This document shows positions 44,051 to 57,624 of a stretch of DNA of 64,000 nucleotides, piece after piece. Source of the stretch: Octopus vulgaris (lineage: Eukaryota); contig OX597827.1 of the NCBI GenBank assembly GCA_951406725.2, positions 17,174,001 to 17,238,000 on the forward strand, written 5' to 3'. The position numbers and the translations under genes are program-made. Each line of letters begins with the position of its first letter. Positions within the stretch are counted from its first letter, which is position 1. The notes under the pieces are model-generated. The model was not told the DNA's origin, ran no database searches, and was given only the letters and a program-made list of their open reading frames with translations.

Positions 44051-44450
44051 AGGAGTGGCTGTGTGGTAAGTAGCTTACTTACCAACCACATGGTTCCGGG
44101 TTCATTCCCACTGCGTGGCAGCTTGGGCAAGTGTCTTCTACTAAAGCCTCGGGCCGATCAAAGCCTTGTGAGTGGATTTGGTTGACGGAAACTGAAAGAA
44201 GCCCGTCGTATATATGTGTATATACATATGTGTGTGGATATGTCTGTGTGTCTGTGTTTGTCCCCCAACATCGCTTGACAACCGATGCTGGTGTGTTTAT
44301 GTCCTCGTAATTTAGCGCTTCGGCAAAAGAGACCGATGGAATAAGTACTAGGCTTCTAAAGAATAAGTCCTGGAGTCGATTTGCTTGAATAAAGTCGGTG
44401 CTCCAGCATGGCTGTAGTCAAATGACTGAAACAAGTAAAAAGAGTAAAGA
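44051..44450 (+). mobile_element. SINE family A, full length
   Basis: Complete head to tail. Confidence 0.9.
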
Positions 44451-44674
44451 TTATATATATGAATACAATCAAAATGGTAATAATATAGATTACTACCAGT
44501 GACCCAGCACAAAGGACGAATTAGCCATTAGACAAAATATTATTCATATAGAAAAATATTATTCATGTAGAAATATAATTAAGGGCTCCTAAATAAGGAT
44601 GCCAAGTGCTAGGGACACAAAAAAGGGATAAATGTATCGAGAGTGAAAATCAAAAACATTTACCGATAACGATA

Positions 44675-44758
44675 CATCCCGGACTGATATCAGTTTCTAC
44701 CTCTTTCTAGCAAAACAGAGAGAATATGTTTGCTAAGGCCGGTTTCATCAGCGAGACG
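44675..44758 (-). ncRNA. Type I hammerhead ribozyme motif
   Basis: CGTCTCG-CTGATGA-A-ACC..TTAGCAAAC/GTTTTGCTAG..GGT-A-GAAA-CTGATATCAG-TC-CGGGATG; 7-bp stem I, palindromic stem III, GUC site. Confidence 0.82.
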
Positions 44759-45135
44759 CCTAAGTTAAATCGAGATGCGCCGCGCGTTAGACCGTGTGTT
44801 GATTGAATGTTTTAACTTTAATTAAATTCCATTTCCCTTTGATGTTATATATATATATAACATCAAAGGGAAATGGAATTTAATTAAAGTTAAAACATTC
44901 AATCAAAAATTACATTTCCAGTGGTCCAACGCGTAAACATATTTTAGTCAAAAAGACTATATATTAGTCATACAAAATAGTGTATATTTAAATACATAGA
45001 GAATCCACGTATAGGGATTCTACGCGTTAGAAGTCTAGACGGAAAATGTTTTTAATTTCCAAATTTATTCCTGTCGAATTTTATCCCCAATTTTTGTGGT
45101 TATAGAACTTAACTGTTCCTTCTAGCGCGTAGAAC

Positions 45136-45199
<64 letters not shown>

Positions 45200-45205
<6 letters not shown>

Positions 45206-45445
45206 ATATGTTACATTACTCGATAGTCAAGATAAAACTCTGAGTTTCAGATGCCGAAGTGGGAATCCACAACACCATCTCTTCGGAAGAGATGGCGGCG
45301 TGGATTCCCACTTCGGCATCTGAAACTCAGAGTTTTATCTTGACTAGCGAGTAATGTAACATATTATTTTATAGATAAATTTCCTCTATTTACACAATAT
45401 TGAGGTCTCTTTCTTTCTTTTGTTATCTTACCGTTTTACCAATAT
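45200..45445. mobile_element. Near-perfect hairpin copy of the 16300 family, in (TA)n
   Basis: 45201-45284 mirrors 45286-45369 with almost no spacer. Confidence 0.8.
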
Positions 45446-46217
45446 ATATATACCTGTCATTTTATATGTGTGTGTGTTTCTCTGTATATTTATTTATTTA
45501 ATTATGCATGAATAGAAAAGTATAAAATATGAAAGCCAATGAGTTGTGAGAATCAGCAGGATGATAATAAGTAGTGTTAGTAGTAATCATGGAATGTCGT
45601 AGATCTCAGGGTAGGTCCACGATATATTAAATGGCTAGGCTTAAGATGAGAAGCAGAGTAGTTATTATTGAACAGAAAAGAAAATGCAGAGGAAGTTTTA
45701 TCGTAACGCATGTGAGAGAAACACGAAAGCTAAGATTAAAAATATGAAAATTCTACTGTTATATTCAATTGATTTTTGCAAGATAAGCATTTCAAAATTA
45801 AAAGCAAATGACAGCAGAGTCTAGCTATAAGATTTCTATGGCAATATGACTGCATCGAATGCAGTACCATGTGCAGCATTTTAATGGCAGTTACGCGCAG
45901 TGGAATTAGAGGATTGATCACGACTGGAAAGTTTGATTATTGATTTGTATGAATAAATTTTACCTGAAGTGAAATGGTTACAACATAATCAAACTCACCA
46001 CTTATTGAAAACGGATCCTGTTTTGTGGGATTTTTAGAAAAAGTAGCCTGATTAATTTCGGTTCAACCTCTTAAAATTTAGTCTAAAATGCAGAAATGGT
46101 GCAAAGCGAGAAGGGCAAAATGTGTCCAAGTTGAAATGTCCTATGATAGCCTGCTTGACCAAAATAATTTTAAATCTGAAGGTCAGTCTCAGTAGATACA
46201 TACTTATATACTGACAA

Positions 46218-47070
46218 CGAGCTTCTTTCAGTTTCCGTCTGCCAAATCTACTTAAAAGGCTTTGGTCGGCCCGGGGCTATAGCAGAAGACACTTGCGCAA
46301 GGTGTCACACAGTGGGACTGAACCCTGCACCATTTGGTTCGGAAGTAAACACCTGCGCCTATATTTATATATATGGGGTTGGTGCATAATCCACAGTTCA
46401 AAGATTTTCTCCACTTCAGAGAAACTTTACTCACTAAATTCTAGACATGTAAATTCTTTTTCATCTTCGGTTAACCACACATTGTAGATGTAAATACACA
46501 CACACACATGTACACGTACACTTATACACACACAAACACACACACTCACACACACAAACACAAACACACGCACACACATACATGCATACACACAAACCTA
46601 CACACATCTACCTTCTAGGGCACCGCCTTGAAGTCGAACAAATCGACACCAGACTTATTTTTTAAAGCCTGGTACTTATTCTATCGGTGTCTTTTGCCAA
46701 ACAACTTGGTCACGAGAACGTAAACACATCAACACCGGTTTTCGAGCGGTGGTGGGAGACAAATACAGATACAAAGACACACACACATTAATATATACTT
46801 ATATATAGACAAAGGGCTTCTTTCAGTTTCCGTCTACGAAATCTTACTTACAAGGCTTTGGTCGGCCCGGGGCATTAGGCAGAAGACACTTGCGCAAGGT
46901 GTCACACAGTGGGACTGAACCCTGGAGCATTTGATTCAGATGTAAACAACTAACCACACAGTCACACCTGCGCTTATATTTATATATATTGGGTTCGTGC
47001 ATAATTATTGCGGTTTTTTTTTCAACAAATTTTATTCAACAAAAACAATTACAATATTTAACAAAAAATA
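46218..47070 (-). mobile_element. Two SINE family A pieces, each followed by a mariner-TIR-like sequence
   Basis: 46218-46390 resembles 46815-47010; TATTGGGTTCGTGCATAA.. is TIR-like. Confidence 0.65.
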
Positions 47071-47299
47071 TTTAAACGATAGTCTGACAGTCTGCCAAGC
47101 AAATAGGTAGCAGTAATTGATGTAGATGGTGAAAATGCTCCGGAATAATCATTTGAAACTCACATACACACACACGCGCAGACCTGACGCTTGCACATAC
47201 CCACACATACACATACATACCACCTTCCCTTGCACTCTCCTGTCTTAGAAAGAACTTTTTCTTCACCCATTCCTGTCTGGTCATTTCAAAATGTGACCG

Positions 47300-47492
47300 C
47301 GTGTGTATCGTTGGCGATTTTCTTCTTCCGTCTTCCTTTCCTTTGGACTTTGCCCTATTTCTGACGAAGAAATTGGCTCGAAACGTTAAATTCTATTTCC
47401 TTCCTTTCCTGAGTGTCTGATAACACAGTAGTTGTACCACGTCCTCGCATCATTGTTTTTTGTTGTTTGTTCTCTTTTGTTTGAATTCAATT
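47300..47492 (+). mobile_element. Minimal-hammerhead mini-element
   Basis: TTT-CTGACGA-A-GA..CTC-GAAA-CG-TT-AAA at 47358-47390; ends in (TA)n. Confidence 0.65.
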
Positions 47493-47506
47493 ATATATAT
47501 ATATAT

Positions 47507-47720
47507 ATACAATAAGAGGCTTTGAAATAGGAAAGCGTTGTGCTAGAAAGAGCAGTAGAAATCTCAGAGATTTCTACTGCTCTTTCTAGCACAACGCTTT
47601 TCCTATTTGGGAGCCTCTTATTGTATTTCTATATAAATAATATATAGTCTAATGACTACTTGGTTTTATTGTGCTAGGCCACTGGTAACAATAATTTATT
47701 ATTACCCTATTTTATTATAT
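47507..47720 (+). mobile_element. Hairpin-headed (TA)n insert carrying the shared 3' signature
   Basis: Near-perfect palindrome 47507-47626, then TAGTC..GACTA..GCTAGGCCACTGG. Confidence 0.65.
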
Positions 47721-47755
47721 ATGTATATATATATATATGCACACACACATACATT

Positions 47756-47791
<36 letters not shown>

Positions 47792-47826
47792 TATATACAT
47801 ATATATATACATATATATATATATAC

Positions 47827-47884
<58 letters not shown>

Positions 47885-48484
47885 TATACATACATAGAAA
47901 CATAACTGAGATGGAAATTTATCGTGACTCAACCACCCCTACGCCAGTATCTTTGTACCTTTTTCTGATAGCGTAACCTGTTATCTGCACATACATATGT
48001 GTGTGTGTGCGTGTGCGTGTGTGTAGACGTACATACGTAAGTACGTACATCCGTATGATATATATACTCACAGACATTATACTAAGCGAACAGGACATCT
48101 TTGTTGACACGTTGACGACGACTTGATAAGACACATTAAGGCATACCCTATGTAGAGGAGGACATATTCTTGAAGCTATTGCCTTCTTCTGACACTTTGA
48201 TATATTTATCATAATTATGTTCATCTTCAACATGCAGCCTTCTTCCTATATTCTATTACTGTCTATCAAACAACTAATCTTTATTTCATAGCGCTCATTA
48301 TATCACATTATCGTAGAGGAGATATATATTTAAGACAGCAAATACAAGAAGCGTACTTGAAGCATCCATTATCAACAACAGCTTCTAGACATTAATTCCG
48401 GCAAATGTGTGTTAAGTTTCAGTTGCCTATGTTTATCTTGTCATTCTATCTATCTATCTATCTATCTGACTGGCTATCTGTCTG

Positions 48485-48567
<83 letters not shown>

Positions 48568-48584
48568 GTGTGTCTATCTATCTT

Positions 48585-48658
<74 letters not shown>

Positions 48659-48794
48659 GTACTAACTGTATATCTATCTATCTGTCTGTCTGTCTATATA
48701 TCTAGGTATCTATCTATCCGTCTGTCCGGCTGTCTCCCTGTTCGCATACATATATATGTATATGTATTCGTGCGTTTGTGTGTGTATATATATA

Positions 48795-48838
<44 letters not shown>

Positions 48839-49404
48839 ATAGAGGGCATTATTACACATAAATGCCTCACACTAGGAGGGACAAAGCCATTACTACCAAA
48901 ATTATACTAATCATACCCAAATGCAGTTTTTCAAAGCAAGACATTTAAAAAATGAATGTGAAATCACGGTGATACAGAACTAAATTCATTTTTTAAATGT
49001 CTTGCTTTGAAAAACTGCATTTGGGTATGATTAGTATAATTTTGGTAGTAATGACTTTGTCCCTCCTAGTGTGAGGCATTTATGTGTAATAATGCCCTCT
49101 ATACAATATAGATATAATTAATTTGTTCAAAAGAAAAAAATTATTTTCGGATTCTTTTCTTTTATGAGGTTTTCACGCTAGCTACCCGATAATTTCTTGT
49201 TAAGATCCCTTATTAAGAGATTATCCTTAATTGTTAAACTTATTCCGAAATACTTTTCATTACCCGACATGCAGTTCGTAAAAAGCCCGCCATTTACCGG
49301 ATATATGATTTATAAACATTCCATGTGCTTGGCCGGAGTGAGCAGTTGTCTGTTCGTCTTCGCTACGTAAGGTTGGTAGTTTATTTATGATGTGTTCAGA
49401 ATCA

Positions 49405-49460
49405 GTTCTGCTGACGATCATTAGACGTAAGTTGAATGTGAAATCACGGTGATACAGAAC
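49405..49460 (+). ncRNA. Type I hammerhead ribozyme motif
   Basis: GTTCTG-CTGACGA-T-CATT.GACgtaaGTT.AATG-T-GAAA-TCACGGTGA-TA-CAGAAC. Confidence 0.85.
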
Positions 49461-49884
49461 TAAATTCATTTTTTAAATGTCTTGCTTTGAAAAACTGCAT
49501 TTGGGTATGATTAGTATAATTTTGGTAGTAATGACTTTGTCCCTCCTAGTGTGAGGCATTTATGTGTAATAATGCCCTCTATACAATATAGATATAATTA
49601 ATTTGTTCAAAAGAAAAAAATTATTTTCGGATTCTTTTCTTTTATGAGGTTTTCACGCTAGCTACCCGATAATTTCTTGTTAAGATCCCTTATTAAGAGA
49701 TTATCCTTAATTGTTAAACTTATTCCGAAATACTTTTCATTACCCGACATGCAGTTCGTAAAAAGCCCGCCATTTACCGGATATATGATTTATAAACATT
49801 CCATGTGCTTGGCCGGAGTGAGCAGTTGTCTGTTCGTCTTCGCTACGTAAGGTTGGTAGTTTATTTATGATGTGTTCAGAATCA

Positions 49885-49940
49885 GTTCTGCTGACGATCA
49901 TTAGACGTAAGTTGAATGTGAAATCACGGTGATACAGAAC
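49885..49940 (+). ncRNA. Type I hammerhead ribozyme motif (second tandem copy)
   Basis: Identical to 49405-49460, 480 bp downstream. Confidence 0.85.
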
Positions 49941-50200
49941 TAAATTCATTTTTTAAATGTCTTGCTTTGAAAAACTGCATTTGGGTATGATTAGTATAAT
50001 TTTGGTAGTAATGACTTTGTCCCTCCTAGTGTGAGGCATTTATGTGTAATAATGCCCTCTATACAATATAGATATAATTAATTTGTTCAAAAGAAAAAAA
50101 TTATTTTCGGATTCTTTTCTTTTATGAGGTTTTCACGCTAGCTACCCGATAATTTCTTGTTAAGATCCCTTATTAAGAGATTATCCTTAATTGTTAAACT

Positions 50201-50264
<64 letters not shown>

Positions 50265-50476
50265 ATATATATATATATATATACAAAGAAAATAAAACAA
50301 GGTACAAAAGGCAAAAATAATTTTATCATGAATAACATTTTAGTACCAGTTTCAGTCTTTGCGACTTTTCAACTTTTCAACGCATGAAAAACAATTAAAT
50401 GTGGAAAAATTAAATGAAATATTATTTTTTTAAATATTTCCATAGTTTTCAGATACAAAGGTCATTTTCCTTTTTT

Positions 50477-50569
<93 letters not shown>

Positions 50570-50596
50570 TATCTATATATATATATATATAACTCC

Positions 50597-50844
50597 TATT
50601 ACTCTTTTACACGTTTCAGTCATTAGACTGCGGCTATGCTGGAGCAGCGCCTATAGCCGAAACGAATCGACCCCAGGTGTTATTCTTTCTAAGCTTAGTA
50701 GTTATTCTATCGCCTCTTTTGCCGATCCGCTAATTTTCGGGGATATAAACATGCCAACATCCATTGTCAAGCGATGGTGGTGGGACAAACACAGACACAA
50801 AGTCACATACACACACACAAGCACACACACATATATATAAAAGA

Positions 50845-50880
<36 letters not shown>

Positions 50881-50918
50881 GACAGGCTTCTTTTCAGTTT
50901 CCGTCTACCAAATCCACA
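50597..50918 (-). mobile_element. SINE family A, partial
   Basis: Tail and body homology. Confidence 0.75.
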
Positions 50919-50980
50919 CGCACTGACACACAATTACACACACACACACATACAAACACACACACACACACACACACACA

Positions 50981-51018
<38 letters not shown>

Positions 51019-51028
51019 TATATATATG

Positions 51029-51535
<507 letters not shown>

Positions 51536-51660
51536 ATGCAAACTTAAGAAACCTATTTTTGTTGTCTATAGAATCATAAGGTTTCTAGAGTTGTTTTGAA
51601 ATTACCATGTACCTTTGAACAGAAGCATCATTTCTAAAAATCCACCTGCGCCCATCAGAC

Positions 51661-52048
51661 ATGGATGGAAGCACTCCGTCGGTTACGACGATGAGGGTTC
51701 CGGTTGATCCGAATCAACGGAACAGCCTGCTCGTGAAATTAACGTGTAAGTGGCTGAGCACTCCACAGACACGTGTACCCTTAACGTAGTTCTCGGGGAT
51801 ATTCAGCGTGACACAGAGGGTGACAAGGCCGGCCCTTTGAAATACAGGTACAACACAAACAGGAAGAAAGAGTGAGAGAAAGTTGTGGTGAAAGAGTACA
51901 GCAGGGATCACCACCATGCCCTGTCGGAGCCTCGTGGAACTTTAGGTGTTTTCGCTCAATAACCACTCACAACGCCCGGTCTGGGAATCGAAACCGCGAT
52001 CCTACGACCGCGAGTCCGCTGCCATAACCACTAGGCCATTGCGCCTCC
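51661..52048 (-). mobile_element. SINE family D (family C head, different 3' half)
   Basis: GGAGGCGCAATGGCCTAGTGG...CACAACTTTCTCTCACTCTTTC shared with family C, then unrelated sequence. Confidence 0.8.
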
Positions 52049-52309
52049 CCATCAGACATAGAATATGCTTAAGAATCATGTGTGAACATTTCCGTATTAG
52101 TTAACATGATCTACTCATGCATTCCACGTAGACAGTAAAATGTGTTGGAATTGAACATATCATTAATACCTAAGTGTCTTAATGTCATAGCGAGAGTGTT
52201 GAAGACACTATTTGTGTCATCGTAACAATCTGAAAGTGATAACGCATGCCTTGCCAAAACATTCACCTAACATTCATGCTATTTCCATAAATCCTTAAAT
52301 CCTTAAAAA

Positions 52310-52567
52310 ATGTTTCAGCCCGAAAGCTGCGGCCAAGCTGGGGCACCACCGTTGAATGAGCTACACTAGTATGTGAAACCACATCTGATACGTGGTCCTT
52401 GGTCAACAAAGGAGTTCGACGCCGCTGCTCGCATCTGTGTCTCCTGCCGAGGGGTAGGTTCATCTGGAACCCCTGACAAGAAGAGATCCAGTTTAGTTTT
52501 AAAGAAACTCACGTCCACACCATGCAGGTCTCTCGGGCATTTAGGAAGGATTTTGAAGAGCTGCATC
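52310..52567 (-). mobile_element. CR1-like LINE 3' end
   Basis: QLFKILPKCPRDL...FKTKLDLFLSGVPDEP...RAAASNS; 3' UTR matches the SINE A tail. Confidence 0.75.
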
Positions 52568-53265
52568 TATAAAATTACATACCACTACTCCGAACAAATA
52601 CCATTAGACAGGATTTAATGTACCAAAAAAAAAAATAAAACGCATACAACCTATCTACATTTGTTTCCGTACCACATTGGTTATTTTAAGCCAGAAAATT
52701 TCTCTTACATTTAGCGAATCTGCCTGGTTATACAATGTTAATTTAAACTAGATATTTCAGAGGTTTAACAATTTGTTCTATTACCAACTAATTCTTATGT
52801 CTCAGGATAATTCAGGGTTCTTCATGGGGTACGTGGAACCGCTACGAGGCTGCTCTTCACTTTTCTCTCCCACTTCAGCCACTTGACAACCAGGGTTCTT
52901 CATGAGGTACGCAGAACCGCCACATGGCTGTTCTTCACCTTTCTCTCCTCCTTCAGCCACTTGACAACTAGTGTCTGTCTGTTTATGTCCCCATAACTTA
53001 GCATAACCAGGTTTTAAAAAAAAAATTAAAAGTACGGGTGTTGATTCATTCGATTAAAAATTTTTCATAGCAGCAGTCTATGAAACAAGCAAATGATAAA
53101 AGATAAAAGATAGCATTTATTACATTATTGATTATTGATCTATTACATATTAATGTTATTGTTAATCAAACACTTTTCTTCGATGTAGTTTTCCCGTTGT
53201 TTCATATTTGTTGTATTCTTTTGTACTGTACTCCCAGATGTCTTCGGGGCAGATGGTTAATAAAG

Positions 53266-53335
<70 letters not shown>

Positions 53336-53395
53336 GAGTTTTAGAGAGCAGTGCATGCCATCAAAGTGACACTGGGGTAAAAAATATTTTTATTA

Positions 53396-53426
<31 letters not shown>

Positions 53427-53458
53427 CATCATCATCATCATCATCATCATCGTCATCA

Positions 53459-53514
<56 letters not shown>

Positions 53515-53517
<3 letters not shown>

Positions 53518-53878
53518 TAGTTTTATTTTTATAGCGTGCTTTCACTTCACTACCGAGTGCAGCTCTGTGTGCCTTGGGTATGTGCTGTGATTTGTTGTGA
53601 TGCTCTGATGGTTACTGTATTGAAAGTGTTCTGCGTGGGATGTGTGCAGTGCCCAGTAGCGCAATTTTCTGTATGTTATATATATATGTAAGTGCTGGTG
53701 TTTTTGTTATGTATTTGTCTGAATGTTTTTTTATCTTGCCTAATGCACCTACTATGATAGGAATTGTTTCTGTTTTTAGATTCCACATTCTGGTTACCTC
53801 TATTTCCAGGTCTTTGTATTCTCCATTTCTTTTAGAGACACGTTGCCATCTGCAGGTATTGATACATCAATTAGAAAG

Positions 53879-53880
<2 letters not shown>
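53515..53880 (-). mobile_element. R4/Dong-like RLE non-LTR 3' end in (TAA)n
   Basis: IDVSIPAD...YKDLEIEVTRMWNLKTETIPIIVGALG...IQKIALLGTAHI. Confidence 0.8.
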
Positions 53881-53912
<32 letters not shown>

Positions 53913-53934
53913 ATTATTTTATTTATTTATTTTT

Positions 53935-54513
53935 TTTTTCCTTCTTTCAAATTTTCTTCCATTTCTTGCCGAGTGTCTTCCCGACTCCTAGGGCAAAGAA
54001 ACTCATAGTGTATATTGGTAGGCCATTAAACCAAACTCAGTAGTTCGTTCATTTTTTTTTTAAAGTTAAATTAAAATGCATGAGCAGCAACAGTTCTCAC
54101 ATCGACAATGCTCTTCTCAATACGTGTGATGTACCAGTTAAGACAATCTTTTGCACTTCTTGCAGGGATGGTAAGCCAGGGATCATTCTCATATAATTTT
54201 CGGTTCCCTTCTTGATCATTCCTAGTGCTCCTACGATCACTGGTATTGTAACCGCCTTGAGATGCCACATTTTCTCAATTTCAATGAGTAGGTCTTTTTC
54301 TGAGCTTGTCAAACTCTTTCGCTGAGATATTATGATCACAGGGGATGCTCATGTCGATCAATAAGCAAACTTTATTGTTTTGGTCTTTCACAACAATATC
54401 TGGTTTATTGGCCTTGATGGTTCGGTCTGTATGTACTGTAAAGTCCCACAGAATGGTTACATTTTCTCCTTCAGTTACAGCCTCAGGGTGGTGATTATAC
54501 CACTTGTCGGCAG

Positions 54514-54517
<4 letters not shown>
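53935..54517 (-). mobile_element. R4/Dong-like RLE non-LTR 3' end in (TAA)n, second family
   Basis: WYNHHPE..ILWDFTVHTDRTIKANKPDIVVKD..LIDMSIP..DLLIEIEKMWHLK..VIVGALG. Confidence 0.88.
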
Positions 54518-54547
<30 letters not shown>

Positions 54548-54597
54548 CATTATTATTATTATTATTATTATTATCATTATTATTATTATTATTATTA

Positions 54598-54713
<116 letters not shown>

Positions 54714-54757
54714 GAGTGAGAGAGCAGTTCATGCCATTATTATTATTATTATTAAGA

Positions 54758-54955
54758 GGGTGGCGAGCTGGCAGAATCGTTAGCACGCCGGACAAAATGC
54801 TTAGCAGTATTTCGCCCGAGTTCAAATTCCGCCGAGGTCGACTTTGCCTTTCATCCTTTCGAGGTCGATAAATTAAATACCAGGGAAATGCTGGAGTCGA
54901 TGTAATCTACTAGCCCCCTCCCACCCAAATTTCAGACCTTGTGCCTTTAGTTGAA
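54758..54955 (+). mobile_element. SINE family B variant
   Basis: Family B head and core with a different tail; inverted relative at 55485-55691. Confidence 0.8.
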
Positions 54956-55484
54956 AGAGGTACCTAGAATGTCATCAGGTGGTCATAGCCCTCTACCAGT
55001 CAGCCAATGGGAACAGTGGATGTTCCGCTTTAGAAAATCTTAGAGGATTATGGCGGGGAGGTGCGACGACGCCCGCAGCGATACTCCGGGCGCCGATGAA
55101 AAGGAACTGGTTAATCTGTTCCGGAAAACTCTCTGGTCGGGAACTATCATGGATAATTTCTAGATGTCCTTGGTCTGACAGTGCTATCGGTAGTGGTGGT
55201 GGTGTTGGTGTTGGTGTTGGTGGGGGCATTGCCGGTTCGAGATAAACTCTACAGGCTGTCGAACAGACTTGTCCGAGGTGCGCGCTGAGTGACATAACCG
55301 TTCTGCACGCACTTGTTCAGTGTCCAGGTATTGCCGACTTGTAGTATTATGTCGAACAGCTGCTGTGGTAGCCATAGCAGTGATATTTTTGGTGGTTCTG
55401 GTTGTTGGCAATGTTTCTAGATGCAGTGAAAGTACTCTGCTACTCTGCTACTGCTGCTATGATTCTGGCTATCGACAGAGTAAT

Positions 55485-55691
55485 CTTTTCTACACTAAGC
55501 ACAAGGCCCGAAATTTTGGGGGACGAGGGCCAGTCAATTAGATTGACCCCAGTACGCAATTAGTACTTAATTTATCGACTCCGAAAGGATGAAAGGCAAA
55601 GTTGAATTCGGTACAATTTCAACTCAGAACGTAATGACAGACCGCTAAGCATTTCGCCTGGCGTGCTAACGTTTCTGCCAGCTCGCCGCCT
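55485..55691 (-). mobile_element. SINE family B variant
   Basis: Family B head and core. Confidence 0.8.
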
Positions 55692-55719
55692 TCTGTCTAC
55701 AGTAATATTGACTATACAC

Positions 55720-55926
55720 TTTACTCTTTTACTCTTTTACTTGTTTCAGTCATTTGACTGTGGCCATACTAGAGCACCGACTTTAGTCGAGCAAATCGAC
55801 CCTAGGACTTATTCTTTGTAAGCCTAGTACTTATTCTATCGAGCTCCTTTGCCGAACCGCTAAGGGGATGTAAACACACCAGCATCGGTTATCAATTGAT
55901 GTTGGGGGACAAACACAGACACGCAA

Positions 55927-55998
<72 letters not shown>

Positions 55999-56172
55999 GT
56001 GCATATATACGACGGGCTTCTTTCAGTTTCCGTCTACCAAATCTACTCACAAGGCTGTGGTCGGCCAGAGGTTACAGTAGAATGCACTTGCCCAAGATGC
56101 CACGCAGTGGGACTGAACCCGGGACCATGTGGTTCGTAAGCAAGCTACTTACCACACAGCCACTCCTACGCC
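55720..56172 (-). mobile_element. SINE family A, full length
   Basis: Complete head to tail. Confidence 0.88.
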
Positions 56173-56621
56173 AATGTCTACCTTCATATCAATTTTCCGT
56201 TCTTAACTCTCACTTCTCTTGTTCATCCGCCTACATTTCGACATCAAGTTTTCAATAAATTGACGTTTCTTTTTAGGGAGATTTCAAACATTTTTGAACG
56301 ATAAAGGCTAAAAGGACAAAAGTGGAGGTTGGCCCCCAAGTACAGCTGGACGAAGAGACTGACCATTTACGTCTTCTCTTGTCCAATTATTCAACGAAAC
56401 GTAAAACAATAGAAACAATATAATACAATAACTCCCAAGTGGTCAACAATCAACCATGATTTCATAAACCTTACTTAGAGACACATCAGCTTGACAGTCA
56501 GGTCGAAATCGATAACAATAATAATATCAATAATGATAACAATAATAATAATAATAATAATAATGATAATAATAATAATAATAATAATGATAATAATAAT
56601 AATAATAATAATAACAACAAC

Positions 56622-56653
<32 letters not shown>

Positions 56654-56689
56654 TGACAATAATAATAATAATAATAATAATAATAGTAA

Positions 56690-57259
56690 ATGCCCTGATG
56701 CAGTAAATGCCCTGATGCAGTACCAGGCAATGGCTCTCATGGCTTCTGATCTTAACTGATTGGAAGTGTTATCATGTACATTGTTTTGTCTTGGTATAAA
56801 AGATGGGCTACAGCAAATATTCTGCTCAATACCATAGATTTGCTAGTCAGTTGTTTGACCTTAACCAGTTGAGCATGTCCCTTAGTGGCTGACGATATGT
56901 GCATCTCTGATCACGAGCAGAAGTAGTGGGGGAGCATCATAGCCATGTGTTGAGAGGGATTCTTTGGGGTTTGAATAATTCACCTCTGGAAACATGGGTG
57001 GTTCTTTCAACATCCTTAAACAACCCTTATTCAGGGACCGCTTGAGCGGGATGGGCTACTCAACCTGAAGAAAATTCTAACTGGGCCCCACCTGCAAGGT
57101 CATGTGCTGTTTATCTTGATATGAGATCACCATGTCGCGCACATATGGTTGTGATGCATGTGCTTGGTGTGCCCTTATCAGACGGGTAGTCATGATGGGT
57201 ATATTGGGCTTCTTATATTTTACCCCAGTGTCACTTTGATGGCATGAACTGCTCTCTCA

Positions 57260-57263
<4 letters not shown>
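56690..57263 (+). mobile_element. Non-coding (TAA)n-targeted element
   Basis: Flanked by (TAA)n; its right end recurs alone, inverted, in (TAA)n at 53335-53380 and 54714-54737. Confidence 0.7.
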
Positions 57264-57312
<49 letters not shown>

Positions 57313-57313
57313 C

Positions 57314-57357
<44 letters not shown>

Positions 57358-57381
57358 TGATGATGATGATGATGATAATAA

Positions 57382-57447
<66 letters not shown>

Positions 57448-57452
57448 TGATG

Positions 57453-57492
<40 letters not shown>

Positions 57493-57497
57493 TGATG

Positions 57498-57537
<40 letters not shown>

Positions 57538-57580
57538 TAATAATAATAATAATGACGATGATGATGATGATGATAATAAC

Positions 57581-57624
<44 letters not shown>

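Larger units (their letters stand above)
48834..50205 (+). mobile_element. Retrozyme-like tandem array: ~2.6 identical 480-bp units with hammerheads and an inverted leader, in (TA)n
   Basis: Sequence at 48961, 49441 and 49921 is identical; 48834-48956 is the reverse complement of 48984-49109. Confidence 0.9.

Noticed and set aside
49260-49949. Two identical 69-aa ORFs on the minus strand
   Set aside because: By-product of the 480-bp repeat, antisense to the ribozyme, with no recognisable motif
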